Shown: positions 61,021 through 64,000 of the stretch, one piece after another
How positions within the stretch are numbered: the first letter of the stretch is position 1
Layout: each line of letters opens with the position of its first letter
Origin: an uncultured Pseudobdellovibrionaceae bacterium
Lineage (GTDB): Bacteria; Bdellovibrionota; Bdellovibrionia; Bdellovibrionales; UBA1609
Length of the DNA stretch: 64,000 nucleotides
Reading direction: 5' to 3'
Assembly (NCBI GenBank): GCA_963803705.1
Contig: CAWDNU010000001.1
Coordinates: 646,785-710,784, forward strand
Made by a program: the position numbers and the translations under genes
Notes under the pieces: generated by a model
Databases searched by the model: none
Told to the model about the DNA's origin: nothing
What the model saw: only the letters and a program-made list of their open reading frames with translations

Positions 61021-62217
61021 ATGGAAACCAAATTATTTACACCTACAGATGAACACAAAATGTTAAGAGACATGGTGCAAAGCTTCGTTAAAAATGAAGT
61101 TGAACCACAAGCTGAAAAGTTTGACCGTGATGAAAAGTTTAACCTAGAGCTTTTTAAAAAGTTGGGTGGGCTAGGTTTACTGGGTTTGACTGTTGACGAA
61201 GAGTTTGGTGGATCCAACTTGGATGCAACTGCCTCAGTAATTGTCCACGAAGAATTATCATACTCTGATCCCGGTTTTTGTTTGGCTTACCTTGCTCACG
61301 CTATGCTGTGTGTAAATAATTTTTACGTTAATGCAAGTGATGAGCAGAAAAAAGAGCTGCTTCCTAAAATGTGTTCTGGTGAATTTGTAGGAGCAATGGG
61401 GATGTCAGAACCTGATGCTGGGACAGATGTGATGGCAATGTCTATGACCGCTAAATTATTTGGCGACCACTACATTTTAAATGGCCGTAAGATGTGGATT
61501 ACCAATGGTTGCATAGACGAAAATAATACACCCTGCGATGGCGTGCTCGTTTATGCTAAGACAGGTGTTAAAGGTGAGAAGCCCCAGATTTCCACTTTCA
61601 TGGTACAAAAAAGTGATCCGGGTTTCAGTGTTGGCCAGAAGATCACTGGTAAGCTTGGTATGAGAGCTTCGAACACTGCAGAGTTGGTTTTTGAAGATTG
61701 TAAAGTTCACAAGAAATGGCTTATAGGCAAAGAAGGAGATTCTTTAACCCATATGATGAAAAATCTTGAAATTGAACGATTGACCCTAGCTGCCATGAGT
61801 CTTGGTATCGCAAGGCGCAGTTTAGAGATTATGGTCAAATACGCTGAGGAAAGACAAGCATTCGGAAAACCAATCAGTCATTTTGGCCAGATACAAAAGT
61901 TTATCGCAGAAAGTTTTGCAGAATACCGTGCCTCTAGGGCCTATGTTTACCATACAGCTAGCAGACTAAAAGTTTCGGGACTTGGCGAGCGAGCAGATTC
62001 AGACGGCGTGAAACTTTTTGTTACAACAGCTGCTAAGAATATAGCAGACCGTGCGATCCAGGTTTTGGGCGGTTATGGATATGTTTCTGAATATGTTGTG
62101 GAACGCCTGTGGCGTGACTCTAAACTACTTGAAATAGGCGGAGGAACTCTTGAGGCCCACCAAAAAAATATCACTCGGGATTTAGCGAAATCAATGCATT
62201 TGATAACCGCTGAGTAG
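61021..62217 (+). CDS. Acyl-CoA dehydrogenase (isovaleryl-CoA dehydrogenase-like)
   Basis: GMSEPDAGTD, KMWITNG, KLGMRAS.TAELVFED, GGYGY, RDSKLLEIGGGT. Confidence 0.9.
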   Translation: METKLFTPTDEHKMLRDMVQSFVKNEVEPQAEKFDRDEKFNLELFKKLGGLGLLGLTVDEEFGGSNLDATASVIVHEELSYSDPGFCLAYLAHAMLCVNNFYVNASDEQKKELLPKMCSGEFVGAMGMSEPDAGTDVMAMSMTAKLFGDHYILNGRKMWITNGCIDENNTPCDGVLVYAKTGVKGEKPQISTFMVQKSDPGFSVGQKITGKLGMRASNTAELVFEDCKVHKKWLIGKEGDSLTHMMKNLEIERLTLAAMSLGIARRSLEIMVKYAEERQAFGKPISHFGQIQKFIAESFAEYRASRAYVYHTASRLKVSGLGERADSDGVKLFVTTAAKNIADRAIQVLGGYGYVSEYVVERLWRDSKLLEIGGGTLEAHQKNITRDLAKSMHLITAE

Positions 62218-62257
62218 TTCTATTTCGTTTTTAAAAAAAGTGAATTGATCGAATCTA

Positions 62258-62437
62258 GGGCCTGTGAAAGATTGATCTAGGTGTTTTACTACTTCATCTT
62301 TAAAAGAATTTGTTTTGTGCTCGCCATCGCTTTTTTCGATGTAGCTATTGCTACACTTCAAAAACCTCAGTCTGCACTTAAAACAACTTCAATTGAATTT
62401 AAAGCATTTAAAACCTAGATGAATCTTCCACCGGCCC
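62258..62437. mobile_element. MITE-like element (180 bp) with ~24-bp imperfect terminal inverted repeats, flanked by TA
   Basis: TA|GGGCCTGTGAAAGATTGATCTAGG ... CCTAGATGAATCTTCCACCGGCCC|TA; same end motif at 22721 and 37721; no ORF; interior also self-complementary. Confidence 0.6.
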
Positions 62438-62545
62438 TAGTCGATCCTAAAATTTTATAGGGTCTTTATCTTAGTCGCGTAGAGCCGACTTCTCTCTATT
62501 TCAAATCTCAATTTGAGACAGCCATTTATTCGCCCAAAGTCTAGT

Positions 62546-62572
62546 TATGTGATCATAATGAGGCGCCGATAG
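62546..62572 (+). promoter_or_regulatory. Sigma28/FliA-like promoter upstream of the MotB-like gene
   Basis: TATG-N15-GCCGATAG, followed by AAAGGA RBS. Confidence 0.45.
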
Positions 62573-62595
62573 GGATTACAAGAAAGGAAATATCT

Positions 62596-64000
62596 ATGGG
62601 TTTTGACTACGACAAAATCAAAAGTTCTGATGAAGGCTCCTATTGGGCAAGTTATTCAGATTTGTTTATGGTTTTATCATTAGTATTCTTGCTTCTTTAT
62701 GTTGTGGCTAGCCTTAAAAGTGGCACACAAGGTGTGATGAAAGATGCCGAATTTAAACAACTTGCCAGAGAGCGAGACGATCTTAAGCAGCAAATAAAAG
62801 TCTACAACACCTTAAAAGAGGACTATTTGGAAACTGGTGCAACCGCTAGTGAACAAGAAGGTTACGAAAAGTTGATGGGCAAACTAGTGCTTTTGAAAGA
62901 AGAAGCTAAAGATGAAAAAGATAAGTTAAGGCAGGCAGCCCAAGAAAACGAAGCCAAAGAAGAAGCCTTAAATGAATATCAGCAAATGGTCAGAAACATC
63001 ATTAATAACAACATGGTTTCGCAAGCTCGCATTAAACGTCGAGATAAAACCATTGTTAAGAAAAACGTTGATATCAAAGATAAGAAAAAACAAATTACTA
63101 AGCTTGAAGATACAATGGCTCAAAAAGAAAAAGAAGTTCGACAAAGCGAAGTCGAAATCAAAAGGGTTAACAAGAAGCTTGAAATCAATATTGCTCAGCT
63201 TAAAACGTCTTACATGACTAACCGAATTACAAAACAGAAAATGCAAGAAAGTATCAAAAAAATTAAACAGCAAAATAAAATGAAAGTTTCGCAATTAAAA
63301 GCTGTAACTCAACAGACTAAACAAGAGATTGCTAAAATAACTAAAGTTTTAGATCAATCACAGCAGCGTTTAGGGAAGGCCCAACAGCGTCTGCAATCTC
63401 AAAGTCAAAAACTTAGCCAGTTAGTTGCTGAAAAAAACAAGTTCAGAGAAAAAATAGAAACTATGAATGATGAGTTTGACGAGCAGTTAAAAAGGAAAAA
63501 GCACAATTCGAATCAGAGGTGCGAAAACAGCGTTTGTCTGCAAAAGCGAAGGCTCAAAAGCTTGCTCAATTTAGAAAGGATGCTAAGGCCAAGCAAGATC
63601 AATTGTCCAGAGACATTGCCAGCATGGAAGCCCAAGCTGAAAAAGTCCAGGGTGATTTGGATAAAACACTTTTAGCCAAAAATGAGCTGTCAAAAAGCTA
63701 AGTCCTTAGAAGGTAGCAATAAAAATTTAAGTAAAGATGTAGCACGTTTAAAAGAAATGGCAGATGCTCGTAACAAAGTAATTCGTAAAATAGCTAGTAA
63801 CTTAAAAAAAGCTGGGATCGAAGCCTCAGTTGATGAAAAGTCCGGAGACGTTATTATTTCATTCGGTGAAGAGTATTTTGATTCTGGAAAAGCAAGTTTG
63901 AAACCTGGTATGGAACAAGTGTTAAAAAGATTCATGCCAACATACTCTTCAAGTTTACTATCTGATCCAGAAACTGCGGATAAAATTCAGTCTATAGATT
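62596..64000 (+). CDS. MotB/ZorB-like protein: TM with conserved Asp, long coiled coil, OmpA-like domain; partial, apparent frameshifts ~63493 and ~63696
   Basis: YWASYSDLFMVLSLVFLLLYV; ~340-aa coiled coil; correcting the A-runs joins frames to ...SGDVIISFGEEYFDSGKASLKPG..VLKRFMP.Y (start of an OmpA-like domain), open to the window end. Confidence 0.75.

Noticed and set aside
22721..62440. CRISPR interpretation of the ~25-bp repeat
   Set aside because: Copies are dispersed and inverted, not regularly spaced direct repeats; no cas genes
63480..63705. Programmed ribosomal frameshifting at A-runs in the MotB-like gene
   Set aside because: Similar indels occur in unrelated genes across the window; assembly error is the simpler explanation
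234..63935. Many short ORFs (60-140 aa) antisense to or nested in long genes, e.g. 4230-4568, 17999-18343, 23642-24007, 50993-51406
   Set aside because: Shadow ORFs of well-supported genes; no motifs or RBS
62596..64000. Zorya anti-phage system
   Set aside because: No ZorA upstream and no ZorC/D/E in the window; only the B-like subunit is seen

Overview
Low-GC (AT-rich) bacterial chromosomal segment. Gene content and order (ribF-pilB-[pilT]-pilC-pilS-pilR, MoxR/Bat operon followed by lytic transglycosylases, VWA lipoprotein, spoVG-tRNA-Gln, smc/ftsY/zapA/5-FCL/rny/tyrS, sigma28-like promoters) point to a Bdellovibrionota-type predatory bacterium; this is inference. At least six otherwise intact genes carry small indels (1-2 nt, several in homopolymers), which suggests an imperfectly polished long-read assembly. 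Most of the window is housekeeping or envelope function, with accessory blocks at about 14-21.9 kb and 37-43.3 kb. The most notable observations are: (1) a dispersed ~25-bp intergenic repeat (consensus TAGGGCCTGTGGAAGATTSATCTAG, 4 copies), two copies of which bracket a 180-bp MITE-like element that folds into one long hairpin; (2) a module of a PA14 lipoprotein plus an 'inverted' OmpA/beta-barrel protein, behind a sigma28-like promoter and flanked by a two-component pair; (3) a secreted protein-glutaminase-like enzyme beside a deoxyhypusine-synthase-like gene and a polyamine-acetyltransferase-like GNAT; (4) a MotB/ZorB-like protein with a very long coiled coil; (5) a shattered, divergent pilT-like gene. 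All calls come from reading the sequence; no database searches were run.
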